A stretch of DNA of 64,000 nt from an uncultured delta proteobacterium (GCA_963806225.1 CAWDXG010000004.1:1088001-1152000), one strand, 5' to 3'. Counted from the stretch's first letter, positions 10,428 through 20,632 are shown. The notes: a model not told the origin generated them from the sequence alone. Program-made: numbers and translations.

Positions 10428-11330
10428 CACTTGCCTCCCGTACCGACCGAAAGATGTCCGGATGCCCCGGAGCTGGACTTGCTGGACGAGCCGCTCGCGC
10501 CGCCGGCTGAAGACATGCCGGAAGTGATCTTCTCGACGTAGCGGACTGCCGGGCGCTGCTCGAGCGGCGTCGTGACGCCGCCCTTCTCCCAGGCGATGGC
10601 CTCGAGGCTGATGGTCTTGCCTTCGGTCACCGTGAAGGAATGGCTGGACTTCACCTCGAAGTGGTAGCCGCGGAGATACGAGAAGACCCCGTAGCCGTGT
10701 CCCTGCAGCTGGACCAGCACTTGCAAGCGTGTGATCCCCCGGCGGAATCGAACCGCTGAAGATCGGGATTTCCTTCTGGGCCGCCAGCGCGCCGCTGTCG
10801 TCCTGCTTGTTGTACTGCACCGCGCCATCGAGCACGAACAGCGCCCGCGTGAGGCGGAATGCGTTGCTCATGTCGTTGGTGAACTTGATCTCCGCTCGCG
10901 CACCCCCCACGCCACCAGAGAGGATGGTGTCGCTCAGCAGACTGAGCCGCGTGTGGCTGCGGCGGATCTGCTCCTTGAGCTCGTCCACGCGCTGCTCGAG
11001 ATCACGCAACCGGACCACGTAGGTCGACCCATCGATCGGCGGCTTGGCGGCGGCGGACGCAGACGCTCCCGCCGCGGCAGCAGAATCCCCCGCCTTCGTG
11101 TCGGCAGCCTTCGTGTCGGCAGCCTTCGTGTCCGCGGCCTTCGTATCACCCGCCTTGCTGTCGCCCGCCTTGGCCGTGCCGCCGTTGTCACCGCTCTTCG
11201 CGGTGTTGGTCGCGGCGGCGTCAGTCTTGTCGCCGGCCTTCGTGGGCTCGGGGTTCTTTCCCTGTGCCCACGCGGTCGAGGTGACCAACAGAGCGATCAG
11301 CGCTACCCACAAGGCCTTGGAAAATCGCAT
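10427..11330 (-). CDS. Secreted coiled-coil + beta-sandwich protein, first gene of the Glt-like operon (one frameshift near 10725)
   Basis: Signal peptide, AADTK repeats, coiled coil (LRDLEQRVDELKEQI), beta-rich domain. GDHTL continues in another frame as QVLVQLQGHGYGVFSYLRGY and ends at a TGA overlapping the next start. Confidence 0.65.
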
Positions 11331-11754
11331 CGTTCACCCTCTTCGATGAAATAAGGATGCCCCGCAAGCAACCAACCTTGGTTCACCCGGGCGGCTCCCA
11401 CCTTATGTTCGGGATTCGAGCAGACTGCAACCGGCGCCGACAAGGGCCATTTGCAGCCCAGCGGTGGGGTGTCTAGCCCCCACCCTGCTCGCCCGCTCGT
11501 CCGGACCCTCCCCCCGACTGGCCGACCACGGGCCGGCGTCGCCTTTTCCGCGCCGGCCCCGCTGTCCGGGGTAGGTTGCTGCCCGCCGCACCCGGGCGCT
11601 ACGGTAGCGCTACGGAGCGGGCGGGCAGATCGAATCCCGTGCAGGGACGTCTACTGAAGAGCGGCTCGAAACGTCCGGAACCCGGGCACATCGGGCTAAG
11701 GCTGACCCCGTTCAGCACGTCATACCCTCATCATCTCTCGATAGGCGAGGACAG

Positions 11755-12381
11755 GTGACCGGGATGGCGGCCGTGCGGGGTGACGCGACGGACGAGATGC
11801 TCATGGTGCGCTACCAGCGAGGCGACCGTGAGGCTTTTGCAGAGCTCGTACGTCGCTACAAGACGCCCATCTACAACTTCACCATCCGACAGCTCCGTCA
11901 TCCCGGCGTATCCGAGGATCTCACGCAGGACGTGTTCCTGCGGGTGGTGCAGAACGCCGCGGACTTCAAACATGAAGCGAGGTTTTCCACCTGGCTCTAC
12001 ACCATCGCGAGAAACCTGTGCATCGACCACATCCGCAAGCAGAGTCACCGGCGCCATCCGTCACTGGACCGGCCCGCCGGAGGTGACGAAGATGGACGCC
12101 CTCTCGTCGAGAGCATCGCGGACAAGCATCCGCGGGCAAGCGTCGAGCGTACAGCAGCGTCCTCCGAGGTGGCGGTTCACATCGTCGCCGCGGTCGAGGC
12201 GCTCCCGGACGATCAGCGCGAGGTGTTCCTGCTCAGACAGCTCGCCAACCTTCCGTTCAAGGACATCGCCCAGATCACCGGCGTGGGAGAGAACACCGTC
12301 AAGAGCCGCATGCGCTACGCGCTGGACCGGCTGAAGGACGCGCTTGCCGAATTCGAGGAATACGCGCGCGCACTGCGCTGA
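11755..12381 (+). CDS. ECF RNA polymerase sigma factor
   Basis: Region 2 (EDLTQDVFLRV, FSTWLYTIARNLCID) and region 4 (LPDDQREVFLL...IAQITGVGENTVKSRMRYA). Confidence 0.95.
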   Translation: MTGMAAVRGDATDEMLMVRYQRGDREAFAELVRRYKTPIYNFTIRQLRHPGVSEDLTQDVFLRVVQNAADFKHEARFSTWLYTIARNLCIDHIRKQSHRRHPSLDRPAGGDEDGRPLVESIADKHPRASVERTAASSEVAVHIVAAVEALPDDQREVFLLRQLANLPFKDIAQITGVGENTVKSRMRYALDRLKDALAEFEEYARALR

Positions 12382-12396
12382 CTAGAGAGAACCGAC

Positions 12397-13515
12397 GTGG
12401 ACTGCGAGAAGTTCGACCGTGTAGTGCTCGACCTGCTCTACGAGGAGCTGGACGAGCTCACCAGTGCCGCCGCGAGGCGACACATGGAGCACTGCACGCG
12501 TTGTCGCAACATAGGGTCGCGCCTGCGCGCCACGCGCGAGGTCGGCGTGCTACCGATGATCGAAGCGCCCGCCGGCCTCGAAGCCCGCATCCTGCAGGCG
12601 GAGCGCGAAGCCAACGCCGTCCTGCCACTGCGCAAGCGTCTGGGCCGCGCGGTCTCGATCATGGCGAGCTACGCGATGCGCCCGCAGCTCGCCATGGCGG
12701 CGCTCCTGCTGCTCATGATCGGCTCGAGCCTGCTGTTCCTGCGGGCGCGCCCGGGGCAGCGCGAATCGGTCCAGGTCACCGAGCGGGGCGTGCCGGAGCG
12801 CGAGGGTCAGTCGGTTGCGATCGTGCCGATGCCCGCGGCCAGCGCAGCTGACGACGTGCCGTCGCACGGCGCGCCCGACCGCGCGCGTCGCAAGCACCAC
12901 GCCCCGCGCCATGGCGAGCGCGCCGAATCCGCTCCCGCGGCGGCTCCCGCGCCGATGGCCGACCGGGCCGCGCAGGGGGAAAAGAAGCAGGCCGAGCCGG
13001 AAGGCACCGCCGGAGCCGCCAGCGACGCGGGTGACGAACAGAGCGCCTACGACCGCGCGATGGCCGCCTATCGCGCCGGCCGCTACGCCGAGGCCCAGCG
13101 ACGCTTCGAGGACGTGGCGCAAGCGGGAGGCGAAAAAGCGCCGACTGCCGCGCTGTACGCCGCGCTTGCTGCGCGCAGCAGCTCCGGCTGCCGCACCGCG
13201 GCGGCTCGTTTCGACTCGGTCAGCTCGCGCTACGGTGGAACAGGCGTCGGGAACGAAGCTAGCTGGCAGGCCGCCGACTGCTACCGCAGCATGGGCGACA
13301 ACGAGCGGGCACGCCGGCACTACACGGCGCTCCTGTCGGTCTCGGGATATTCCGACCGGGCGCGTGCCGCACTCGATTCGCTGGGGCCCGGAAGCGGCGG
13401 CGGCACAGCCGTCGCCTCGCGTCGCGCCGCCGCGGCGAAGGCCGCCGCACCTCCCGCCGCCAAGGCCAAGAAGGCGGCGCCGCCGCCGATGAAGGCCGAC
13501 GAACCGACGAAGTAG
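12397..13515 (+). CDS. Zinc-binding (ZAS) transmembrane anti-sigma factor with periplasmic TPR-like domain
   Basis: N-terminal HxxxCxxC (HMEHCTRC), one TM helix, C-terminal TPR-like helices; directly follows the ECF gene. Confidence 0.85.
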   Translation: MDCEKFDRVVLDLLYEELDELTSAAARRHMEHCTRCRNIGSRLRATREVGVLPMIEAPAGLEARILQAEREANAVLPLRKRLGRAVSIMASYAMRPQLAMAALLLLMIGSSLLFLRARPGQRESVQVTERGVPEREGQSVAIVPMPAASAADDVPSHGAPDRARRKHHAPRHGERAESAPAAAPAPMADRAAQGEKKQAEPEGTAGAASDAGDEQSAYDRAMAAYRAGRYAEAQRRFEDVAQAGGEKAPTAALYAALAARSSSGCRTAAARFDSVSSRYGGTGVGNEASWQAADCYRSMGDNERARRHYTALLSVSGYSDRARAALDSLGPGSGGGTAVASRRAAAAKAAAPPAAKAKKAAPPPMKADEPTK

Positions 13516-13525
13516 CGCGGGGGCC

Positions 13526-14500
13526 TCAGGCCTGCAGCATCCGGGCGTTCGAGCCGGCCTCGCCGAGCTCCACGTCCGCGGACTCCAGGCTCACCTTCGA
13601 ACCGTCCGGCGGATCGAACCCCGGACGACCGACCTGCGTCGTGCCCAGCCGCGGGAAGAACAGCGCCAGCACGTACTGCTGGAAGAAGAACCACCACATG
13701 CTGCGGTGGATCAGGCGCTTGTCGATGTTGGGCTCCAGGCGCGCGTGCACCTCGGGAAGCTTCGTCCAGTGCGTTCCCGCGTTCTCGTGATGCGCCGCGT
13801 GCAGCCCGTTGTTGAACAACAGGAAGTTGAGCAGCTTCCCATCGAAGCTGCGCGAGTGGTTGTGACGCGACCACGGATCGGTGTGCACGTGCTGCACGTA
13901 GTTGAACAGCATGATCGTCCACAGCGCGAACACCGCCGGGATCAGGCAGACGAACGTCCAGACGAAGAGTCCCGTCTTCCAGCCGTGCAGAGCGACAGCC
14001 AGGGAAAGCAGCGCGATGTGCGCGCCCGCCCAGACCGAGTACTGCGTGATGATGCGGCGGTAGAGCTTCGGGTTCTTCGTCTTGGCCTTCTTGATGAAGG
14101 TCTTGATCGGGTCCGACTGGTAGTAGCTGGAGACGAAGAAGTACGTCGCGGCCACGAACGCATTGTGCTTGTTCGTGAAACGCCAGGTGATCGTGGCGTC
14201 ACCGGGCCGGTTGACGAACTTGTGATGGTTCAGATTGTGCGTCGGGATCCAGGCGAACGTCGGGTACCCGTAGAAGACCGAGATCCACGCCGCGAACACC
14301 TCGTTCATTCGCTTGTTGCGGAACGTGGGCGAATGATTGTGGTTGTGCGCAATCACACCGCAGGCGAGAGCGAAGTAGGCGCTGACCCAGAACAGGTACG
14401 GAACCAGCTCCGGCCTGGCGAACTGGAGCGCAACGAACCCGGGAGTGAGCACGAAGGCCCACAGCAGCGTGCGGTAGTCGGCTGCAAATCTAGGCTTCAT
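13526..14500 (-). CDS. Membrane fatty acid desaturase family protein
   Basis: His boxes HNHNH, HNLNHH, YVQH and HAAHH with TM segments. Confidence 0.9.
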   Translation of the reverse strand: MKPRFAADYRTLLWAFVLTPGFVALQFARPELVPYLFWVSAYFALACGVIAHNHNHSPTFRNKRMNEVFAAWISVFYGYPTFAWIPTHNLNHHKFVNRPGDATITWRFTNKHNAFVAATYFFVSSYYQSDPIKTFIKKAKTKNPKLYRRIITQYSVWAGAHIALLSLAVALHGWKTGLFVWTFVCLIPAVFALWTIMLFNYVQHVHTDPWSRHNHSRSFDGKLLNFLLFNNGLHAAHHENAGTHWTKLPEVHARLEPNIDKRLIHRSMWWFFFQQYVLALFFPRLGTTQVGRPGFDPPDGSKVSLESADVELGEAGSNARMLQA

Positions 14501-14613
14501 GGCGCGCGAAGCGTAGCTCAGGTCGAGTTGACGCGCGTCATCCTTCTGTCAGTTTGTGCTGCGAAAACAGCTTCGCAGTTGGTCCCGTCCCGCCCGCCTG
14601 CTCCCGCCGGAGT

Positions 14614-14678
14614 CCTCGAGGGGGCTCACCGCCCCTCGAGCACCCCGATGCGATTCGCTTCGCTCATCGCGGGCTCGT
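14614..14678. repeat. Dispersed palindromic REP-like element, copy 1
   Basis: CCTCGAGGGGGCTCACCGCCCCTCGA is identical at 30614; followed by the stem GCGAT-TCGCTTCGCTC-ATCGC. Confidence 0.75.
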
Positions 14679-14714
14679 CGCTTCGCCGACGCGCTCCGCA
14701 GGGTCAGACCGGAG

Positions 14715-15107
14715 TCAGTTCGTCGCGTCGCGCAGGTACGCGATCGTGTGGATCGCTTCGACCAGCCGCTCGCGGTCGTCCGGGCTCAGCCCCACGAAAC
14801 GCACCCCCATACCGGGATTGAGGTTCTCGCTGAGCGGACGGATCGCGTTCACCCACTGCACCTCGCCGGCGAGCACGAACGGCTCCTGCGTACCCGGCGG
14901 CGAGAAGCGCAACGTGAGCTCCGTGCCGATCGGAAGCGGATCGCGCGTGCCGACGAAGATCCCCATCTCGGAGATGTTGATGATCGACGCGTACAGGAAC
15001 GTGTCCTCCGTCTGGCAGTCGACGGACCACGTGACCTCGATGCGATCAGCGCTCCTGCGATCGGCGATCGCTAGCGCGTCGGGGTCGTCAGGAGGGTCGT
15101 CGGGCAC
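14715..15107 (-). CDS. PilZ-domain protein (myxobacterial TIGR02266-like)
   Basis: RxxxR (RRSADR) and NISEMGIF motifs; GEVQWVN...PGMGVRF. Confidence 0.9.
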   Translation of the reverse strand: MPDDPPDDPDALAIADRRSADRIEVTWSVDCQTEDTFLYASIINISEMGIFVGTRDPLPIGTELTLRFSPPGTQEPFVLAGEVQWVNAIRPLSENLNPGMGVRFVGLSPDDRERLVEAIHTIAYLRDATN

Positions 15108-15203
15108 CCCCGGGCCTTAACCCCGATCCGGCGTGCTGTCACGCGAAGCGTTCGCAGGACGCCACGAGTGGGCGCACCAGCGCGGAATCCGGCGCTCCGG
15201 GGC

Positions 15204-17960
15204 TCAGCGCACCCGGAAAACCCCGGCCTCGAGCCGGTTGTCGTTGGCACGCCCGCGCTTGACCGGCAGCCGCCGGTTGCCGATGAACAGGCCGAAGAAC
15301 AGGTGATAGTCGCCCGGCGTGAAGTTCGGCTCGAGGGAGAACTCGTGGATGTCGGCGATGTAGTCGCCGACGTGCCACAGGTTGAACGGATATTTGCCCT
15401 CGAGTGTGTCGTGATCCGCGTTGAAGCGCCGCTGGAAGCCGTCGACGTGCACGAAGGTCTTCCAGTTGCCCGAGATGGGCGCCGCGACCTTGTAGTAGAG
15501 GACTAGCTTGTAGGGCCGCCCGGGCACCACGGCCTCGGCCGGCTCGCCGTCGGGCGTGGTGACACTCCAGCCGAGCGCGTCGAGCTGCCCGCCGAAGTTG
15601 CCGTCCAGCGGATGCATCGGCTTCGGGCGCTGGGTCAGGATCCAGTTGTCGAACGGATTCCTGTTGTCCTCGCCCGACCCGAGCTTGTTGGACACCAACA
15701 TGATCTCGCTCGAGCGCGCGTCGAGCACGGGCAGATTCCGCGGCGGAGTCGTCTGCCGCCGGAACATCGAATTCATCTCGGGCAGGGCGTCGGCGCGGAT
15801 CACGAGCCAGCGGCGCCCGGCTCCCTGCGTCAACCAGTTGAACGCCTCGGTCGTGGTGCCGAACGTCGGGACCTCGCGCCCTGCGTAGTAGCTCGCGCTG
15901 CCAGCGCTCACCCCCATCATGCCGAGCGCCTCGCCGCGATGGGAAAGCCGCTGATAGGACTCGAAGACCTCCTTGGGGGAGATCTGCGCGGCCAGCGCAG
16001 GATAGTAGCCGAGGCTGAGCGTCAGCCCGCAAGCGACCACGCCCAGCATCGACCCTGCCGCACGGCTCAGCCTGAAGCGACCGTATGCGTAGCGGAAGCA
16101 GTCGCGCAGCAGGAGCGCGCCGGCGGGCAGCAGCATGACCACGATCGGCAGCGCGATCCACGCCACGTACGCCGCCTTGCGCTCCATCGCCCCCATGGTC
16201 TCGAACTGCTGCCAGTGGAAGAACCGGTGGCTGAGCCACGATAGGAGTGCGATGCCGGCCAGCGACGCTTCCGCCACGATCGCGCCGAACAGCAGGTTGC
16301 CGTTCCACAACGTCGCCAGCTGGCGCGGCCAGGCCAGGTACTCGTCGCGATCGAAGCGCTGCTCGGCGTCGCGCTGCCGCTCCATGAACGAGAAGAAGAA
16401 CAGCAAGAGGAAGACCGCCGTGCCGAGCTCGATGAAATGCAGGCCCGTCTGCTTGAAGCTCTCGGGGAACTTGGCCGCCTTGACCCCGAACGCACTCAGC
16501 CCCTTGATGGGGATCTCGCGGAAATCCTCGTAGAAGAACACCGCAAACGCCGCTACGCCCATCGCGATGGTCCGCGACCCCGGCGCGCCACGCTCGAAGT
16601 CGCGCAGCGCCAGCGCCACGATGCCGGCGAACGCCGCGACGGCGCCGAACGGTAGGTGGCCCACTGTCGGCGCCATCACGCTGTAGATGCCGTAGCCAAT
16701 CGCGACCACGGTGAGCAGCAGCATGCGGAGCGAGGACTCGCGCTCGAACGCCGCGCGCCCCACGCCCGTCGGAGCGCGCAGCATGCGCGCGATGGCGAAC
16801 GGGATCAGCGCGCTCCAGGGGAACAGGCCGTGGCCGAGATACATGATGACGTAGTCGAAGGCGGGGCGCTGGCGCGCCCGGTCCACCTTCGCGCCGAGCA
16901 GCGCGGAGAAGTGCTCGGCGTGCTCGGGCGAGCCGAACAGCACCTTGAGCCCGATGCCGAGCGCCGCCGCGCCGATCAAAAGCGACAGCACGCCGGCGGC
17001 GTCTCCCAGCCGCTCGCGGCTCTGTCGCCCGGAGAGCAGCGAAAGCAGCCAGGTCATCCCCACGCCCAGCGCCGGAATCGCCACGCCGATCAACACACCG
17101 CGCGATCCGAAGCCCGCGCCCAGCCCGACCAGGCCGAACAGCAGCCACAACACCCTGCGGCTCGTCCGGTGGCCCTGCACGCCGGGCTCGCGGTCGAAGG
17201 CCGCGATGCCGAGCCCGGCCGTCGCGATCGCAATCGCCGACATCGTGACGATGTCACCGAGGATGGTGCGCGAGTGCAGGAAGTAGAGCGGCATCGTCGA
17301 CAGCGCGAGCGCCGCGAACGCCCCGGCCGCGCGATCCGCGAGCCGCGAGACCAGCGCATACGTCACCAGCACGCCGACCAGCCCCCACAGAGCCAACGGC
17401 AGACGCCCCGCCCAGGCGTGCAGCCCGAAAAGCCGGAAACCGACCGCCACCGACGTGAACGGCAGCTGGCCGCGGGCGAGCTCGCCCAGGGTCGGCACGG
17501 AGTTGACCGCGTCCTGCAGCGCAAGGTTGTGCCCGCCGAGCAGGTTCAGCGCGATGCGGCGCGCGAGATCGGCGATGCGCAGCTCGTGCGGATCCCAGAT
17601 GCCGCTGGCCGAGATCGGCCCGAACAGACTGGCCAACGTGACGACCGCGGCGAGCCCCAGCAGCCAGGGGCGATGTTCACCCTGCCGTTCAGGCGTCGTC
17701 GACCACTCGCCATCCTGCTCGGTGTCGGCCTCGGTCCCGGCCTCGGCCTCGATCCCGGCCTCGGTCCCGGACCCGGTCCCGGCCTCGGTCCCGGACTCGG
17801 CCTCGGTCCCGGACTCGGCCTCGGTCCCGGACTCGGCCTCGGTCCCGGACTCGGTCCCGGACCCGGTCTCGGCGGAACGCGCCTCGGCCGGCTGCGCCTC
17901 CCCGGCTGGTTCCTCGTCCCGCTCCGGCTCGTCCCGCTCGTCGGCTGGCTTGTCGCTCAT
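15204..17960 (-). CDS. GT-C fold glycosyltransferase (ArnT/PMT, GT39-like) with large C-terminal periplasmic region
   Basis: Start MSDKPADERDE; acidic linker; GIWDPHE motif; FGLHAWAGRLPLALWG; many TM helices. Confidence 0.8.
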   Translation of the reverse strand: MSDKPADERDEPERDEEPAGEAQPAEARSAETGSGTESGTEAESGTEAESGTEAESGTEAGTGSGTEAGIEAEAGTEADTEQDGEWSTTPERQGEHRPWLLGLAAVVTLASLFGPISASGIWDPHELRIADLARRIALNLLGGHNLALQDAVNSVPTLGELARGQLPFTSVAVGFRLFGLHAWAGRLPLALWGLVGVLVTYALVSRLADRAAGAFAALALSTMPLYFLHSRTILGDIVTMSAIAIATAGLGIAAFDREPGVQGHRTSRRVLWLLFGLVGLGAGFGSRGVLIGVAIPALGVGMTWLLSLLSGRQSRERLGDAAGVLSLLIGAAALGIGLKVLFGSPEHAEHFSALLGAKVDRARQRPAFDYVIMYLGHGLFPWSALIPFAIARMLRAPTGVGRAAFERESSLRMLLLTVVAIGYGIYSVMAPTVGHLPFGAVAAFAGIVALALRDFERGAPGSRTIAMGVAAFAVFFYEDFREIPIKGLSAFGVKAAKFPESFKQTGLHFIELGTAVFLLLFFFSFMERQRDAEQRFDRDEYLAWPRQLATLWNGNLLFGAIVAEASLAGIALLSWLSHRFFHWQQFETMGAMERKAAYVAWIALPIVVMLLPAGALLLRDCFRYAYGRFRLSRAAGSMLGVVACGLTLSLGYYPALAAQISPKEVFESYQRLSHRGEALGMMGVSAGSASYYAGREVPTFGTTTEAFNWLTQGAGRRWLVIRADALPEMNSMFRRQTTPPRNLPVLDARSSEIMLVSNKLGSGEDNRNPFDNWILTQRPKPMHPLDGNFGGQLDALGWSVTTPDGEPAEAVVPGRPYKLVLYYKVAAPISGNWKTFVHVDGFQRRFNADHDTLEGKYPFNLWHVGDYIADIHEFSLEPNFTPGDYHLFFGLFIGNRRLPVKRGRANDNRLEAGVFRVR
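17720..17870. repeat. Coding 18/12-bp tandem repeat (TCGGTCCCGGACTCGGCC; GTEAES units)
   Basis: Directly visible in the N-terminal linker of the glycosyltransferase. Confidence 0.85.
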
Positions 17961-18073
17961 GGGGCCCGGGGTTTTTGGCGCAACCCCGCAAATAGGGCAA
18001 GCGTTCCCGCGCCGAACCTCTATCCTTCGCCGTCCCGCCGGCCAATCCCGCCGGCACGCCTCCTCCACGAACC

Positions 18074-19057
18074 ATGCGCTTCGGCACTGTCGCCCTCGTC
18101 GGCCGCTCCAACGTCGGCAAATCGACCTTCCTGAACACCGCTCTCGGCGAAGAGCTGGCGATCGTGTCGCCGCGCCCACAGACCACCCGCGACGCCCTGC
18201 TCGGCGTGGTCCACCGCGCAGACGCCCAGATCGCCTTCATCGACACCCCCGGCCTGCACCGCCCCCACTCCGAGCTCGGTCGCCGCATGAACGCCGCCGC
18301 CCTCGACGCCGCGCGCTCCACCGACGTACTCGTGTTCATGACCGACGCCGGCGCGCTCGCCCGTGAGCAGACCAAGCGCAAGTCGCCGCCGCCCGCCGAG
18401 CAGCTGGTCCAACCCGGAGACCGCGAGTTCATCGCACTCTTGCCCGCCGAGCGCCCCGCCCTGCTCGTCGTCAACAAGGTCGACCTGCTCCGTGACCGCG
18501 CCTGGGTGCTGCCGCTGATGGAGGCCTTCCAGAGCGCGCACGAATTCGCCGCCGTCATCCCCACCAGCCTGCGCGAGAAGGGCGGCGCGGAGGCCGTGCT
18601 CGCCGAGCTCGAGAAGCTCCTGCCCGAGGGCGAGCCCGGCTTCTCCGAGGACGACCTCACCAACCGCCCGACCAGCTTCTTCATCCGCGAGTACGTCCGT
18701 GAGCAGGTGATGCTCGGGGCCGAGCGCGAGGTGCCGCACGCCGTCGCCGTCGCCATCGACCGCATCGACGACTCCGGCCGCACGCTGATCATCAAGGCCA
18801 CGCTTCACGTCGAGAAATCCGGCCAGCGCGGCATCCTGATCGGCAAGGGCGGCGCGCGCATCAAGCAGATCGGCACCGCCGCGCGCGAGCGCATCGAGGC
18901 TCTGGTGGGTCGGCGTGTGCACCTCGAGCTGTTCGTTCGCGTCACGCCCCGCTGGAAGGACATGCCGCGCCAGCTGGCCGAGCTCGGCTACGAGGCGCCC
19001 GAGCTCCGCAAGCTCTCCACCGAGATCCCCGACGCACCGAGGCGCAAGAAGCGATGA
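18074..19057 (+). CDS. era: GTPase Era
   Basis: GRSNVGKST, PQTTR, DTPG, NKVD; KH domain (ILIGKGGARIKQIG; VHLELFVRV). Confidence 0.97.
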   Translation: MRFGTVALVGRSNVGKSTFLNTALGEELAIVSPRPQTTRDALLGVVHRADAQIAFIDTPGLHRPHSELGRRMNAAALDAARSTDVLVFMTDAGALAREQTKRKSPPPAEQLVQPGDREFIALLPAERPALLVVNKVDLLRDRAWVLPLMEAFQSAHEFAAVIPTSLREKGGAEAVLAELEKLLPEGEPGFSEDDLTNRPTSFFIREYVREQVMLGAEREVPHAVAVAIDRIDDSGRTLIIKATLHVEKSGQRGILIGKGGARIKQIGTAARERIEALVGRRVHLELFVRVTPRWKDMPRQLAELGYEAPELRKLSTEIPDAPRRKKR

Positions 19058-20385
19058 CGCCGATCGTTGCCATCGTCGGCCGGCCCAACGTCGGCAAGAG
19101 CACGCTGTTCAACCGCCTCGCCGGCAAGAAGCTCGCGATCGTGCATGACATGCCGGGCGTCACGCGCGACCGCCACTACGCCGACGCGCACGTGCACGGC
19201 CGCGACATGACCCTGATCGACACCGGCGGCTTCGACCCGACCACCGACGATCCAATGGGCCAGGGCATCGCCCGCCACGTGCAGGCGGCCATCGAGGAGG
19301 CCGATGCCGTCATCTGCGTGCTCGACGGCAGCATGCCGCCCACGCAGCCCGACCGCGAAGCCGTCCAGCTTCTCAGAAAGAGCGGCAAGCCGGTCGTCTA
19401 CGTCGCCAACAAGGCCGACACTCCACAGAGCGAGCTCGACTCCGCCGAGCTGTACGCCCTCGGCATCGACGCGCTCCACCCAATCAGCGCTCTGCACGGC
19501 CGCGGCACCGCCGGCTTCGAGGCCGCCGTGGTCGCCGCCCTGCCCCCCCCCGAGCCCGCCGCTCCCGAAGAACCCGCCGACGCGCCGCCCCACGTCGCCC
19601 TCATCGGCCGGCCCAACGCCGGCAAGTCCTCGCTCTTCAACCACCTCACCGGCTCGGAGCGCTCGCTCGTCGACCACCGCCCCGGCACGACGCGCGATCC
19701 CATCGACTCGGACGTGGAGTACGCCGGCCATCACTACGTGCTCGTCGACACCGCCGGTATCCGTCGCCGCTCCAAGGTCGACCGCGGCGTGGAAATGGCG
19801 AGCGTGATGCGCGCCATCCGCGCCGTCGGCCGCGCCGATGTCGTCGTCTTGATGTGCGACGCCACCGAGGGCATTGCCGAGCAGGATCAGCGCCTCTTGT
19901 CGCTCTGCGCCGAACGCGGCCGCGCCATCGTCATCGGCCTCAACAAGATGGACCTCTACCGCACCAACAAGGAGCGGAAAGACGCGGTGCAGCGCGCCCG
20001 CGACGAGCTGCACTTCGCCCGCTGGGCGCCCATCGTTCCCGTCAGCGCCAAGACCGGAAAAGGCGTCGCGGAGCTGATGAAGACCGTGTGGCAGGCCGCC
20101 GACGAGTTCAAACGTCGCGTGACCACCGGCGAGCTCAACCGATTCTTCGAGCAGGTGCTGGAGCGCCAACCGCCGCCCACCAGCGGCGGACGCGCCCCGC
20201 GCATCTACTACATCACACAGGCCAGCACCCAGCCGCCCGTCTTCGTCGCGATGAGCAACGCGCCCGATTCCGTCAAGGAAAGCTACCAGCGCTTCGTGGT
20301 GAACCAGATCCGCAAGCGCTTCGGCTTCGAGTGCGTCCCCATCGTCGTCCGCTACCGCCACCGCAACAAGCGCGAACGCCGCTAG
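19054..20385 (+). CDS. der: Ribosome biogenesis GTPase Der (EngA)
   Basis: Two G domains (GRPNVGKST...DTGG; GRPNAGKSS...DTAG) and KH-like C-terminus. Confidence 0.97.
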   Translation: MTPIVAIVGRPNVGKSTLFNRLAGKKLAIVHDMPGVTRDRHYADAHVHGRDMTLIDTGGFDPTTDDPMGQGIARHVQAAIEEADAVICVLDGSMPPTQPDREAVQLLRKSGKPVVYVANKADTPQSELDSAELYALGIDALHPISALHGRGTAGFEAAVVAALPPPEPAAPEEPADAPPHVALIGRPNAGKSSLFNHLTGSERSLVDHRPGTTRDPIDSDVEYAGHHYVLVDTAGIRRRSKVDRGVEMASVMRAIRAVGRADVVVLMCDATEGIAEQDQRLLSLCAERGRAIVIGLNKMDLYRTNKERKDAVQRARDELHFARWAPIVPVSAKTGKGVAELMKTVWQAADEFKRRVTTGELNRFFEQVLERQPPPTSGGRAPRIYYITQASTQPPVFVAMSNAPDSVKESYQRFVVNQIRKRFGFECVPIVVRYRHRNKRERR

Positions 20386-20501
20386 AGCTGCCGCTGGCGG
20401 GTGCCCCCCACGGGAAGCGGCGCGGCGCGAGCGGCGTGCTCGCTTCGCTGCGCGCGCCGCGGCCCCCCAAGGCCGGCGCTCCGCGCCGCCCGGGGGCCCC
20501 A

Positions 20502-20632
20502 GACCGCGACCGCGACCGAAGACCGTCACCGCGACCGAAGACCGCGACCGCGACCGCGACCGTGACCGCGACCGAAGACCGCGACCGAAGACCGTGACCG
20601 AAGACCGTGACCGTGACCGTGACCGTCACCGC
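20502..20632. repeat. Left GACCGC/GACCGT/GACCGAA tandem array (~21 units)
   Basis: Intergenic mosaic of 6- and 7-mers with a GACCG core. Confidence 0.95.

Noticed and set aside
7920..11330. Single 1136-aa fusion protein or programmed frameshift
   Set aside because: One extra base near 10725 explains it; the downstream gene has its own signal peptide and no slippery motif is evident.
11331..11754. Autoregulatory ECF promoter in the divergent intergenic region
   Set aside because: GGAACC and TGAACC hexamers are present, but I found no convincing -10 element at the right spacing.
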